IMG/VR virus record: IMGVR_UViG_3300029922_000004
Length of the DNA stretch: 64,000 bases
Direction: 5' to 3' (one strand)
DNA from: a virus
In this document: piece by piece, positions 34,778-45,476 of the stretch
How the letters are laid out: each line of letters opens with the position of its first letter
Numbering within the stretch: the first letter of the stretch is position 1
Program-made: the position numbers and the translations under genes
Notes under the pieces: model-generated
The model's database searches: none
Seen by the model: the letters and a program-made list of their open reading frames with translations, nothing else
What the model was told of the DNA's origin: nothing

Positions 34778-36934
34778 ATGGCTAAAAAGACTAAAAAGGA
34801 ACTCCCCGCAATCCAAATGATTGGAGCCGTCGGTAACAAGTCTTCGCTCAAGAACCCTCCTGTTAAGAAGTTGGGTAAAAAGTCTTTTATGCCAGAGGGT
34901 TTTTCAATGGCTTCTGAAGATGATGGCAACGGCGGGGGCGGAAGTTCTGGTGGGCGCAGAGACCGCGCGGGTAGCGTTTTAAGAACAGACCGTTATAAGA
35001 ATATTAGCGACGGGTTGGTTCCATTTCGTAACTCAAATGCCATATACGACAACGGTAGTTCGGGGGTTGATATTAGGGATGCTGTTATTTTGTGCCAAAA
35101 ATGCTATTGGAACTTCGCTCTCTTCCGTAATATCATTGACTTAATGACCGAGTTCTCAATTGACGATATTCTTTACGCGGGTGGTAATATGCAGTCACGT
35201 AAATTCTTTGAGGCCCTCTTCAATAAGATTAATATTTGGGACCTACAGGATAAATTTTATCGAGAATATTATCGTAGCGGTAACGTATTTATTTATAGAT
35301 TTGATGCATCGGTTGAACCCGGAGACGTTAAAAAAATTATAACAAGTCTAGCATCTAAAACTTCAGTTGGCAATCCAGTAATGGACCAAAATCAACCAAT
35401 GGGCGCTCCAGAAAATCATATGGGTTATCCCACTGGCTACCCTAAAAGTAAGGACGACATTGACAATAATCCTCTTCTACAAGACGGCCCAGTTAAGTTG
35501 GAGGTAGAGCCAATGAAAATGCCCGCGAGATATATTATTCTCAATCCTGCCGATATTAATATGTTGGGAACGGCGAACTTCTCATATGGTATCTATTACA
35601 AAATTCTAACCGAGTACGAAGTATCTCGTTTGCGTAATTTACAAACCGAAGAGGATATTGAGGTGTTTAATACTCTGCCGAAATTTACCCAAGACCAAAT
35701 TCGCGCGGGTGTCCGTAGCGTTTACATTCCCCTTGACACGAAAAAAGTCAAGATAGTATTCTACAAAAAACAAGACTACGAACCTTTTGCAGTACCAATG
35801 GGTTATCCCGTTTTGGAAGACATTAATGCCAAGATTGAAATGCGTAGAATCGATATGGCGATTTGCAGGACAATGCAGCAGATTGTATTGTTAGTGACCG
35901 CTGGAAACGAACCAGAAAAAGGCGGCATTAATCAAAAACATCTAGAAACTTTAACTAAAATTTTTAAGAATGAATCAGTTGGTAGAGTTTTGGTTGCAGA
36001 TTATACCACAAAAGCCTCATTTGTTATTCCTCAAATTGCTGACTTGCTTGACCCAGCGAAGTATGAAGTTATTGACCGCGACATTAATATCGGTCTTAAT
36101 AACGTGTTCCTTGGGGGCGAAAAGTTCGCCAATCAACAAAAGAAAGTCGAAGTATTTGTTAAGAGGCTTGAACAGGCAAAACAGTCATTTTTAAATAACT
36201 TTTTAATTCCTGAGATTAAAAGAATAGCAAAATCATTGAATTTCAAGTCGTACCCAACGCCATACTACGATTCTAACCAATTCAAAGACGACGTTTCCTA
36301 CGCTAAGATTTATACACAAATGGCCACGCTTGGTCTTATTACTCCCGAACAGTGCGTAGAAGCGATACAAAACAATAGACTCCCTGAGAGCGACACAATG
36401 GAACCGGCGCAAGAAGCTTACAAAACTCAACGTAAAAACGGCCTCTATGTTCCCCTAGTCCCACCGCCACCTGTACCCGGAGCAAAACCCGGAACTGCCG
36501 CGCCCGGACAAACTGGACGCCCACAGGGAACTAGTGGAATTCCTCAGGCTACTAAAAAGATTACGCCGATGGGTTCTAAAGGCAGCGCCGATATAAAAAT
36601 TAGTCTTCCTAAGATTAAAGACAACATGGTAATCGCTCAGGAAACTGAAAAAGACATCATTGCATTCCTTAAGAAAAAACACAAAGTCAAAAAACTCACC
36701 AATTTGCAAAACTCCGTTGCTTCTGGAATCCTTACTACGATTATGAGTAATGAAGAGAGCGATAAGTGGCAGTCTTCTGTTAAAGATTATTGTAATGAAC
36801 CAATGGATAAAAACTTGGAGAGGGTTTCGGCGGTATTGGATATGGCTTATGCTCACCAAGTTGACGGCTATCTCGGCGCGTTATTCTATTCAAGCAGAGC
36901 AACTGAAGTTCCAGAAGAACCGAAGGAGGCGTAA
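34778..36934 (+). CDS. portal protein
   Basis: 718 aa after terminase; LFRNIIDLMTEFS, DKFYREYYRSGNVFIY, VPMGYPVL; T4/SPO1-like portal pattern. Confidence 0.8.
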   Translation: MAKKTKKELPAIQMIGAVGNKSSLKNPPVKKLGKKSFMPEGFSMASEDDGNGGGGSSGGRRDRAGSVLRTDRYKNISDGLVPFRNSNAIYDNGSSGVDIRDAVILCQKCYWNFALFRNIIDLMTEFSIDDILYAGGNMQSRKFFEALFNKINIWDLQDKFYREYYRSGNVFIYRFDASVEPGDVKKIITSLASKTSVGNPVMDQNQPMGAPENHMGYPTGYPKSKDDIDNNPLLQDGPVKLEVEPMKMPARYIILNPADINMLGTANFSYGIYYKILTEYEVSRLRNLQTEEDIEVFNTLPKFTQDQIRAGVRSVYIPLDTKKVKIVFYKKQDYEPFAVPMGYPVLEDINAKIEMRRIDMAICRTMQQIVLLVTAGNEPEKGGINQKHLETLTKIFKNESVGRVLVADYTTKASFVIPQIADLLDPAKYEVIDRDINIGLNNVFLGGEKFANQQKKVEVFVKRLEQAKQSFLNNFLIPEIKRIAKSLNFKSYPTPYYDSNQFKDDVSYAKIYTQMATLGLITPEQCVEAIQNNRLPESDTMEPAQEAYKTQRKNGLYVPLVPPPPVPGAKPGTAAPGQTGRPQGTSGIPQATKKITPMGSKGSADIKISLPKIKDNMVIAQETEKDIIAFLKKKHKVKKLTNLQNSVASGILTTIMSNEESDKWQSSVKDYCNEPMDKNLERVSAVLDMAYAHQVDGYLGALFYSSRATEVPEEPKEA

Positions 36935-37680
36935 TGTCCTTCGGCACTTTTAATCTCTACAATTTTTTCCAAAGTCCTAATACCGGAGTTACTCCCGCAC
37001 CGGGGACTTACGATGTCACTTCAATCGTAGAGGGTGTTGGCGAATCTGGAAACATAGCGGACTTCAACTGGCCTTTCCCGTACGCTGGGACTTCTGTTCC
37101 AATAGAAATTGTCGAGGGCGTCGGCGGTGCATTCCAATTAAAATTATTCAGTGATTCATATGTCGGACTAAGGTTCGCTTCGGTTAATGAGGTTTTTTCT
37201 GGGCAGTTACAGGGAGATTCCGAAAATTCTCATTCCTCCACAACAATATCGGGTACATTTAATCCAATGGATTCAGGATTTCAGAATTCGTATGTTGTAT
37301 TTTCTGGATTAATAAGCGGCGCTCCCCAAGACTCTCCGGTTAATTACATTGTCCTAAGCGGCGTTATTACAGACCAACATCCAGATTTTGGGCTTCCATT
37401 CTTAGTGTTTTCTGGGCAGTCCCTGAATGACCAGCCAAACATAAGTGACATTGGTTATACTATTTCCGGCACAGTTTCTGACGCGGACTACTCTAATCCC
37501 ACTTTGAATATTACATTTAGTGGAACTTTTATACCCACAAATCAAGATACTGCGAATATTTCATATGGGTTTTATGGGATGGCGACGTATAATAATGTAA
37601 CCGTTACGAGTACCGGCTTTATAAATTCGGCCAATATAAAATATGGTTTTGCATCATTTATCAGCACTCGCGGGGCATAG
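36934..37680 (+). CDS. virion structural protein
   Basis: S/G/T-rich, beta-rich composition. Confidence 0.65.
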   Translation: MSFGTFNLYNFFQSPNTGVTPAPGTYDVTSIVEGVGESGNIADFNWPFPYAGTSVPIEIVEGVGGAFQLKLFSDSYVGLRFASVNEVFSGQLQGDSENSHSSTTISGTFNPMDSGFQNSYVVFSGLISGAPQDSPVNYIVLSGVITDQHPDFGLPFLVFSGQSLNDQPNISDIGYTISGTVSDADYSNPTLNITFSGTFIPTNQDTANISYGFYGMATYNNVTVTSTGFINSANIKYGFASFISTRGA

Positions 37681-37698
37681 TGTAATTAAAAGAAGGCA

Positions 37699-40467
37699 AT
37701 GAATTCAAGCATCAATTGTGGAATCAAAGGCAGTTACCAAGTCCAACTTAAAAGTGGGGGCAAGGTAGTTGAGGAAACTCCTTGGTTTAGTAACGACATC
37801 ACCAACGCAGGTCTTAACTATCCTTTTATTTATTCATTCGCGAACTGTTTCATGTTCCTTTCGCTAGGTGGTTCTGCTTGGGTTTACAGCTCTTTGAGAC
37901 AACAAAACACGGGAACAAATTCTCCCATTCAATCATTTCAAGTTTATGACCCGACATTCACTGGCAACGCTCAACAACCAAACGCGACCGGATATTACCA
38001 ACATACTGGACAGTATATAGGCTGGGAAGGATACGAAATCGGCGGTCAGCATAATTCAACTTTCGCGGGGTCTTTTTCTTCTACTTGCGGGACTAAGTTT
38101 ACTAATCAAGGAATTAATCTATATCGTGGGTGGACGATTCCTACCGGCGCTAATGAAAACGGAGCAGTTCTCGGACAGGCTTTGACCATCAACGGCTTCA
38201 TGGTGTCTCCAAGCAGCGGGGCAAACATAACAGGAAATCAAGCATTTAGTTTGGTAGATAGAACGGTAACTATTCCATCTGGATTTACCGCAACTATAAC
38301 TTATCAACTGAGCTTAAATTTCAATAATTATCAAACTTATACTTATTTTTCTGGTGTTCAGGGGGATTCTAACGGCTACTTTAATACTGGCAATGCGGCT
38401 ATTGGAACCAATGGTTCTGAATTAGGACTTTTAAGCGGCTGGAGTAATTTGAGTGGTATTTATAGTCAAATTTATCCGGGGGTTCAAATTGTTGATTCTT
38501 TAGGGGCATGTATCATTCCAGCGTGGGGAGACCAAGCGGAACCGATGTATTCTCAATGTCCCAACTTGTATTTTTATCTATCTCCCGATATTTCTGAATT
38601 TGCAGTAAGTCCATATGGTTCGACGGGCATTAGCGAATCTGGTGCGTATAATACCCCCGGAGTAATGGCCAATTATACAGAATTTGTTTCAAGTGTCGGC
38701 GGGGATTTAAGTGTTTATAGCACGGTGGAAAATTCTTGGCCCGCTAATCCTGTGGCGTGGTATTATTCGGGATTATCTAATGGCGGGTCTCAATCAAATG
38801 GGCCTTCGACTGTAACGTCGGTGACGATTCCTTCTAATATCCGATTGCAGAATTTACTTTCTATTCAAGACTATATTAATGATAGCCCGATTTCTCCATC
38901 GGCTTTTACTTACCAAGTGCAAGGATATGTTTCTCCGATTACCTCTCAAGAGCCAGTAGCGTTCGCAACGCCGGGAAGTTTAGGAATCAATTCTAGTTAC
39001 GCAAATTACGGCCAAAGAGCGGTTTACTCAACCTATCTCAAAAGATTACCGCCAACGGGTTCTACCTTAACTGGGGTTGGTGGCGTTGGTATTAGAAATA
39101 AAAAAGTCACCAAGTCCGCTCTCTTCTCTCCAATCCAAAGCGCTGGTACTAATAGCAGATACGGTTCTCTAGTATTAGGATATCTTTCCGCAGTGGGAAC
39201 AATAGGTAGCTTAACTTTCCAACCTTATGTTGATTTTCTTTTCTTTAATAATTCGGGCAGGGCGGCGGATACGCCTCATTATAGGTTGATTCCAGATATT
39301 TGCCTGACCGACAGGGGTAGCGGTGTCTCGCAAGTGAGATTTGATATTACTGGGGCTAATGGTTTAGCTCCAAGTTCGATTAATAACCTGTATAATGTAT
39401 ACGGTTTTATGGGTCCCGGTGTTGCGATTACCCCGACCACTGCTTCTGGGTTAGATATTAATCATCCCGAACTTCAAGCTGGCGGTTCTGGATATCTATT
39501 TACTGGGGAGATTTTAAATCAAGGCGTGACAGGAATGGAAAACTGTAACGGCGGAACTGGTTGGGGTGCTGTATATGGAATTATTACCGGCTGGAACTTT
39601 TTGGGGAGAGAATATGATACTTGCCTAATTGATAATACTCCTTGGTATACCACTGGGTTTTCTGGTTTTAGTGGTAGTTATGGGGTCGGAACTTATCCTA
39701 ATCCGACAGGGGATTCTAATCTTTTATACTGGCCAGTCAAAGGTTCTGGACTAGGTTTGAGAATTACTGGAATGCAATATTATCTTAATGGTTATGGTAA
39801 TATGTCTGACCCCTTTGATTATTTCATAACCGGTAATTATCAGATAATTAGTGATATAATCTATACTGGGTTTGCTTTAACTGGAACTAATGCCGTCACT
39901 ACTGACTTATATCAATATACAGGAAATTCAAATTTAATTTATTTTTCTGGAGCTGGAACATCTGATTTCCCGTTAAATATCTCTGATATTACAGGCAACC
40001 TTTCTCTTCAATATAACATTACTGGTAAAAGTTATAATTTTCAAATAGCGACGGGACTGGGTGCCAATCCAGTTCTATTTTCTGGCTTTAAAATACAAAC
40101 TGGGACATGGGGCTATGAACAAAACTGGACACCGGCAAACATACTAGCCTCTACTGGGAATTCTATAGTAGGGAAAGATACATCTAATCATAATATTACT
40201 TTGGTTTATTTTGATGGCTTTAATTATTGGCCTTTGACTGGAAATGCTAATTTTAGTTTGCTACCTACTCAATTTAAAAAACCCTCTGGCGTCATCCATC
40301 ATGTCGAAAATATAAATGGTTCTGGTAATAGACTTTTACCTAATTACGCCTATCCCAATAACCAAGGTATTAATTACTACTCTCCAGTTCAAGGCGGCGC
40401 TTATCCCGGTCTTTCGATGCAAAATGGAATGCAGGTATTTTTTGATTTCAACTGGTCGGGAGGTTAA
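37699..40467 (+). CDS. large virion structural protein (fibre/baseplate-like)
   Basis: N-terminus NDITNAG..FANCFMFLSLG paralogous to 40470; GTGTAAT upstream. Confidence 0.7.
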   Translation: MNSSINCGIKGSYQVQLKSGGKVVEETPWFSNDITNAGLNYPFIYSFANCFMFLSLGGSAWVYSSLRQQNTGTNSPIQSFQVYDPTFTGNAQQPNATGYYQHTGQYIGWEGYEIGGQHNSTFAGSFSSTCGTKFTNQGINLYRGWTIPTGANENGAVLGQALTINGFMVSPSSGANITGNQAFSLVDRTVTIPSGFTATITYQLSLNFNNYQTYTYFSGVQGDSNGYFNTGNAAIGTNGSELGLLSGWSNLSGIYSQIYPGVQIVDSLGACIIPAWGDQAEPMYSQCPNLYFYLSPDISEFAVSPYGSTGISESGAYNTPGVMANYTEFVSSVGGDLSVYSTVENSWPANPVAWYYSGLSNGGSQSNGPSTVTSVTIPSNIRLQNLLSIQDYINDSPISPSAFTYQVQGYVSPITSQEPVAFATPGSLGINSSYANYGQRAVYSTYLKRLPPTGSTLTGVGGVGIRNKKVTKSALFSPIQSAGTNSRYGSLVLGYLSAVGTIGSLTFQPYVDFLFFNNSGRAADTPHYRLIPDICLTDRGSGVSQVRFDITGANGLAPSSINNLYNVYGFMGPGVAITPTTASGLDINHPELQAGGSGYLFTGEILNQGVTGMENCNGGTGWGAVYGIITGWNFLGREYDTCLIDNTPWYTTGFSGFSGSYGVGTYPNPTGDSNLLYWPVKGSGLGLRITGMQYYLNGYGNMSDPFDYFITGNYQIISDIIYTGFALTGTNAVTTDLYQYTGNSNLIYFSGAGTSDFPLNISDITGNLSLQYNITGKSYNFQIATGLGANPVLFSGFKIQTGTWGYEQNWTPANILASTGNSIVGKDTSNHNITLVYFDGFNYWPLTGNANFSLLPTQFKKPSGVIHHVENINGSGNRLLPNYAYPNNQGINYYSPVQGGAYPGLSMQNGMQVFFDFNWSGG

Positions 40468-40469
40468 TC

Positions 40470-42329
40470 ATGCCCGGAACCAATCTAAAATTAAACGGCC
40501 AATTCAAATTTGACCTCTATACTCCCCAAGGTGAACTAATTACGGGGTCGAAATTTATAGATAATTTTATAACTAATTCGGGGGTGCTATATCCTTACCA
40601 TTTTGCGTTTGCAGATTGTTTCCGATATTTAAGCGTCGGGGTCGGAACTCTAGCCAACTCAATCGTAACTAGTGGTTCGTATCTACCAACTACTGGACTC
40701 TCTTCTCCGCTATCTCAATATTCTTATATAGGAAGTCGTCAGGCGTGGGATGGGGGTCAGAATTCTACTTATTATGCTACTCCGGGAAGTTTCGGTGCAG
40801 GATGTGGATATATCAATAATGATAATGGCGTCAGTCTAGTTAGACAATGGAATTTACCTGATAATACCGGCGGCGTGTTTAACTCTGCTCAGATATTTAA
40901 TGAGTTTATGGTCTCCCCCGGCCAGCCTTACGTTACGGGAGTTGGTGGGGTAAAGTTATGTACTTGCGCTGAAACTGATGGGGTAGCGACTACCGGCAAA
41001 GATTGCTCTTCAATCGCGGAATATTACGATTGGTTAGCAAGTACTTACACCTCTCAAAACCATTCGGTTAGATTAAGAATGTGTGATGCTAAAAATGCCT
41101 TCGCCCGCGTTTTACCGGCTGGCGGGGTTAGCGTGGTTTCTGGAAGTGTTTTAACCGTAACTTATCAATTAAACATAGTAGTAGACACGGGCATTCACTA
41201 TACGTCACTGGCGTATAATCGCGGGGATAATAATACCAACTGGAACTATCAACTTAACTCATTTAATACTATTACTAATCCCGGAGTTGCGTTAATTAAT
41301 GACGGAACGGTTTTCGGTATTACCGCGCCTAATGGAAATCAGCGACTTCAGCATTTTGACTATAATATTTCTGACGGCAGAACTTATACTTTCGCTAATG
41401 AATATGGTGAATCAATAATAGGGCCGTTTGGAGCGCCATTAGAGCCTTCTAACTTTTTTCAATTGAACCAACCTGCGAATCAAAATGTGGTTGTATATTT
41501 TTCCAACGACGATTTACAATTTATCGTGAGTCCAAATGGCGGGGCATTTACCGCTACTGGAAATTATTCTCCATGGAACATCTGGGCTGATGGTAATATT
41601 TCTGGAACATATTCTTATGGACAAATCGTATCTAGCGGCGGAAATTCTTATCAGTATATTAACGTAAATCCTTCAAGTGGAAATTTTTTAACCAACACGG
41701 CTTATTGGAGCAATATCGGCGCGGAGAATGACGTAACGCTTTCTACCAGTGGTTTAATGGGTTTTTCCAACAATAACGAAACCGCAATTATCAGCGGCGG
41801 CGGGTATTGGTCTGCAAGTCCAAACGCTTTTAATATCAGAACCTCTTCCGGTTTTGCCCCCAACCCGGGGGATATAACGCAAAACTCTGGTATGACAGCC
41901 TCTTCTTTTACTTCTGTGAAAGCCAGCCAACCCACGTTTTCATTGAGTTTTATAGGTAATAATGCCGCCAACGGAACAAGAAGCGGACAGGTTTCCTATA
42001 CTTATAGTTTTGAAAATTATACATTCTCCAACGGCTTGCAGGTCAAAAGTTTTGTCGCCGCTTATCAGGATGTAGCGTATGGTACAGCTTTTGGAATGGG
42101 TGATAACGTAAATTCAGTACCCTTTTTTGATTCGGTGTTTTCTGGAGTATCTGGTGCTGGGACTTTCTTACCCGGACTAGAATCTGTCACCACTGGAGTT
42201 TGGATTACTGGGATAGATAATTTGGATTATAACAATTTGCAAAGTCAGAGTAATTCTTTGTATCCAATACTTAATTTAACTTTGGGGTGGAATGTGCCGT
42301 GTCCATCTAATGTTGTGGGGTGCAGTTAG
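40470..42329 (+). CDS. virion structural protein, paralogue of 37699
   Basis: NFITNSG..FADCFRYLSVG; VLTVTYQL. Confidence 0.7.
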   Translation: MPGTNLKLNGQFKFDLYTPQGELITGSKFIDNFITNSGVLYPYHFAFADCFRYLSVGVGTLANSIVTSGSYLPTTGLSSPLSQYSYIGSRQAWDGGQNSTYYATPGSFGAGCGYINNDNGVSLVRQWNLPDNTGGVFNSAQIFNEFMVSPGQPYVTGVGGVKLCTCAETDGVATTGKDCSSIAEYYDWLASTYTSQNHSVRLRMCDAKNAFARVLPAGGVSVVSGSVLTVTYQLNIVVDTGIHYTSLAYNRGDNNTNWNYQLNSFNTITNPGVALINDGTVFGITAPNGNQRLQHFDYNISDGRTYTFANEYGESIIGPFGAPLEPSNFFQLNQPANQNVVVYFSNDDLQFIVSPNGGAFTATGNYSPWNIWADGNISGTYSYGQIVSSGGNSYQYINVNPSSGNFLTNTAYWSNIGAENDVTLSTSGLMGFSNNNETAIISGGGYWSASPNAFNIRTSSGFAPNPGDITQNSGMTASSFTSVKASQPTFSLSFIGNNAANGTRSGQVSYTYSFENYTFSNGLQVKSFVAAYQDVAYGTAFGMGDNVNSVPFFDSVFSGVSGAGTFLPGLESVTTGVWITGIDNLDYNNLQSQSNSLYPILNLTLGWNVPCPSNVVGCS

Positions 42330-43153
42330 ACTCGGTTTAAAACTTCGTGAGCTTTTTTATATTTACGGTCAAGATAGATATTTGCTTGACCATAAAGAAG
42401 CCGGAGAACATCTTTCACTTCGGATTGTGTCCCTATGTTAATAGTTCGATAAGTTTTATAATCGGAGATATAACTTCTATTGTTTTTAATTATATTATTA
42501 TCTTGGAAGTACTTTTCTATTTGGTTTAATATCTCTATAGAACTGCTTGTTATTGAAAAATTGGCGCATTGATATTTGTCTTTTCTAACATAAATGCATC
42601 CGTCGCCATCAGAATACCCTCTGATTATATGAGGCCATAGTTTTTTGTCAATAGTTTCTGGGATTCTAACTCTAAATGTTTTATTATTAACCATTCCATA
42701 TTTTCCAAGAGATTCTACCATATACTTTGAAGCGATACTTAATTCATAACAAGTTTTTCTTTTATCCGAATATATTGTTTTTATTGGGACGCTACTTTCA
42801 AGCGCAAGTTTTAATTTTTGTATAGCATCAAGGTCTATCAAGCGTAATTGAACGGACCAACTGGTTTTTTTGGCTGAAATATATCCGTCAGCCAACAAAA
42901 ATCCAAACCAATATGCCTTTTCTTCAGTATTAATAATATCGAAATACTTTTCGTTTGTCTGGTATTTCCTTGCTCTATCTCTCATATCATAAGACCAATG
43001 AAATCCAGCTTTTCGGAGAAGGACATTGAGATAACTGGTAGATATGTAATATTTAGTTTTTAAATCTTTTTTTCTCATGTGATTTTTATAGTCAATAATT
43101 AATTGATTTTTCTGGTCCAGTGTTAGAACTACCCTGCGTGTTTTAAATTTCAT
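42326..43153 (-). CDS. LAGLIDADG homing endonuclease (two-motif)
   Basis: YWFGFLLADGYI and IIRGYSDGDGCI. Confidence 0.9.
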   Translation of the reverse strand: MKFKTRRVVLTLDQKNQLIIDYKNHMRKKDLKTKYYISTSYLNVLLRKAGFHWSYDMRDRARKYQTNEKYFDIINTEEKAYWFGFLLADGYISAKKTSWSVQLRLIDLDAIQKLKLALESSVPIKTIYSDKRKTCYELSIASKYMVESLGKYGMVNNKTFRVRIPETIDKKLWPHIIRGYSDGDGCIYVRKDKYQCANFSITSSSIEILNQIEKYFQDNNIIKNNRSYISDYKTYRTINIGTQSEVKDVLRLLYGQANIYLDRKYKKAHEVLNRV

Positions 43154-43228
43154 AATATATATTACATCAGAAACAATAAATAGTATAAAGTATTTTGATT
43201 TATTTTTGTTTTTTGTGTAATTAAGGGC

Positions 43229-44779
43229 GTGATTAAGCCTAATTTTACCAGTATTTTTGCATCTTTGCCTGTGCGTTGCGTTATAGGAGATGAGAAAGAC
43301 AAATATTTATCATTGGCTTCATTGGCGAGTTTGAAGCCTTTTATTCCTTATGTTGACCCGAAAAACGTAGACCTACTTCCCATTGCCTTTGATAGTTGTA
43401 TAATCAACGTCTCAAATCTCAACGGGGATATTATTGATACAGAAACGGCTCTTTCTATCTATAAAACTTTCGAAAAGAAACAATGCAATACCGAGCATAA
43501 TCGCCATCATGTTGTAGGAGTTATTCTTACTGCTTCATTAAGTGAATATGGAACTAATAGATTACTCACTGAAGATGATGTGAGAGGAAAAGATATACCT
43601 TTTTATATTACTTTGGGCGGAGTTTTATGGAGAACAGTTAATGAAGAGCTATGCGATTTGATAGAAGACTCTAATATTCCTAGTTCAGAAAACTATTTAA
43701 ATTTTTCAGCGAGCTGGGAGTTGTACTTCAGTTCCTTCCTAATAATAGAGATGGAGCAAGGCAAAAAAAATCTGTCAGATGGAACTATCATTTCTAATCC
43801 TGAACAGATAGAGTCTCTGAAAAAATATCTCAAGTGCTTCGGCGGTTCTGGCGTTAAGGACGGTAAATGTTACTATCGTATGCCTAATGAAAATGTCATT
43901 GCCGCAGGTATCGGTCTCACAGAAAAACCCGCCGCAGATGTCAAGGGAATCGCGGTAAACATTGATGAACCAGAAAAGGTAATTACACCCGCTACTGCCC
44001 CTGCGGTGGCCTCTGCTGAAATTATTGCAGAAAATGTAGAAATTATTTCACAACCCCAAATTTTATGTGTAAAGAAAGAGGAATACATTATGAAACTCAA
44101 TTCAATCACCGATATCACGGACGAAAATTTGAAACAGTGCAATGCGTCTGTTATCACAGATTTTATTAAGTCAGAGTTGACTAAGGCTAGTGAAGGTTTC
44201 GTTTTGGAAAAACAGCAACAAGCTGAGGCTAACGAAAAATTGAAGGCGTCTATCGGACCCTTGACAAAGACCGTTGAAGAAATGCAAGCGACTATCGCTG
44301 ACTTCAAAAAGGCACAAGAAGCCCGCGCCGCTCTGGATACTTTTAACGCCCGTATGAGTGAGGTCCACGCCTCCTATACTTTGCCTGATGAAGTTGCGAA
44401 GTTTGTGGCTGATGATTTGAAGGCGTGTGCGACTGAAGAAGCGTTTGCTTCATGGAAAGCCAAAGCCGCAATTCTTTTGAAGCCTTATAGCAAGGCGAGC
44501 GACATGGGCGACGACGAGGCACAAGCCAAGAAAAAGGCCGCTGACAAAGAAAAAGCGGATAAAGACGCCGCCGATAAGAAAGCTGCCGACGACAAGGCCG
44601 CGACCGATGCAAAAGCCAAGGAAGCAATCGCATCAGTGGTAGAAGATGCAATTGACAATGCAAAGAAAGAAGCGGGCGGTCTTCCCAATAGTTCAGCCTC
44701 GGCTGCTAAAGGATTGAAAGAAAAGTATGCAACCGCGTTTGCAATGACAGTTGACGGAAGAGATGTAAAAGTCGACTAA
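43229..44779 (+). CDS. prohead protease/scaffold fusion
   Basis: NLNGDII..NTEHNRHHVVGVI..SWEL..GIGLTEKPAADV protease core; Ala/Lys/Asp coiled-coil C-terminus. Confidence 0.8.
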   Translation: MIKPNFTSIFASLPVRCVIGDEKDKYLSLASLASLKPFIPYVDPKNVDLLPIAFDSCIINVSNLNGDIIDTETALSIYKTFEKKQCNTEHNRHHVVGVILTASLSEYGTNRLLTEDDVRGKDIPFYITLGGVLWRTVNEELCDLIEDSNIPSSENYLNFSASWELYFSSFLIIEMEQGKKNLSDGTIISNPEQIESLKKYLKCFGGSGVKDGKCYYRMPNENVIAAGIGLTEKPAADVKGIAVNIDEPEKVITPATAPAVASAEIIAENVEIISQPQILCVKKEEYIMKLNSITDITDENLKQCNASVITDFIKSELTKASEGFVLEKQQQAEANEKLKASIGPLTKTVEEMQATIADFKKAQEARAALDTFNARMSEVHASYTLPDEVAKFVADDLKACATEEAFASWKAKAAILLKPYSKASDMGDDEAQAKKKAADKEKADKDAADKKAADDKAATDAKAKEAIASVVEDAIDNAKKEAGGLPNSSASAAKGLKEKYATAFAMTVDGRDVKVD

Positions 44780-44819
44780 AACAATTTTATTACAAAATAA
44801 TAAAGGAAAAAAATAAATT

Positions 44820-45440
44820 ATGGCAACATTCACAAATACCCCCAACGTCACCCTTCGTGGTTTGAGAGACTACGACGAGAAGGCCGTCATCAACATGTAT
44901 ACCTTTTCGGGGCAGTCAGGCACTACGCAAATCGTCCCCAAGGGAACCCTTGTGGCCATCGCGCCGCTTGTTGGTAGCTCTGGCTGGAGAAACGATGCTG
45001 ATGCGACCTACATCATGGGTTCATACGGCGACTTCTCGGTCAACAACGTTCAGGCTTTGCGTTATGGAACGCCCGCCACTACTACGTGGTATGGAACCGG
45101 CACTGGCCCTTCATTCAGCGGAGAATATCCGTTGGGCATTACCTTGTTCGATGTCCGTGAATTGGACGAAAACACCATTCCGCTTAAATACAACCCGCGC
45201 AAAGCTGCCGAGTTGGAAGCGTGTATTTCCGGTCAAACGGTTCCTATCGTTACTCGCGGTATGTTCCTTTACAGCGGTATTACTGGAACGGTTACGGCTG
45301 GTGCGCCGATTTACGGTGGACCTAACGGAACTATTGCGGCTTACACAGGTGGCGCAAGCGGCGGCAGTTTCCAAATCGGTTACGCCCTCGGTAACACTGG
45401 TGTCGATGGTTCGGCTCTAATCAAACTGAACATCAGCTAA
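44820..45440 (+). CDS. head decoration/cement protein
   Basis: Between scaffold and MCP; PLGITLFDV..GQTVPIVTRG..IGYALG. Confidence 0.7.
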   Translation: MATFTNTPNVTLRGLRDYDEKAVINMYTFSGQSGTTQIVPKGTLVAIAPLVGSSGWRNDADATYIMGSYGDFSVNNVQALRYGTPATTTWYGTGTGPSFSGEYPLGITLFDVRELDENTIPLKYNPRKAAELEACISGQTVPIVTRGMFLYSGITGTVTAGAPIYGGPNGTIAAYTGGASGGSFQIGYALGNTGVDGSALIKLNIS

Positions 45441-45476
45441 TCTTATCTATAACACATAAGGAAAAAATAAAATACT

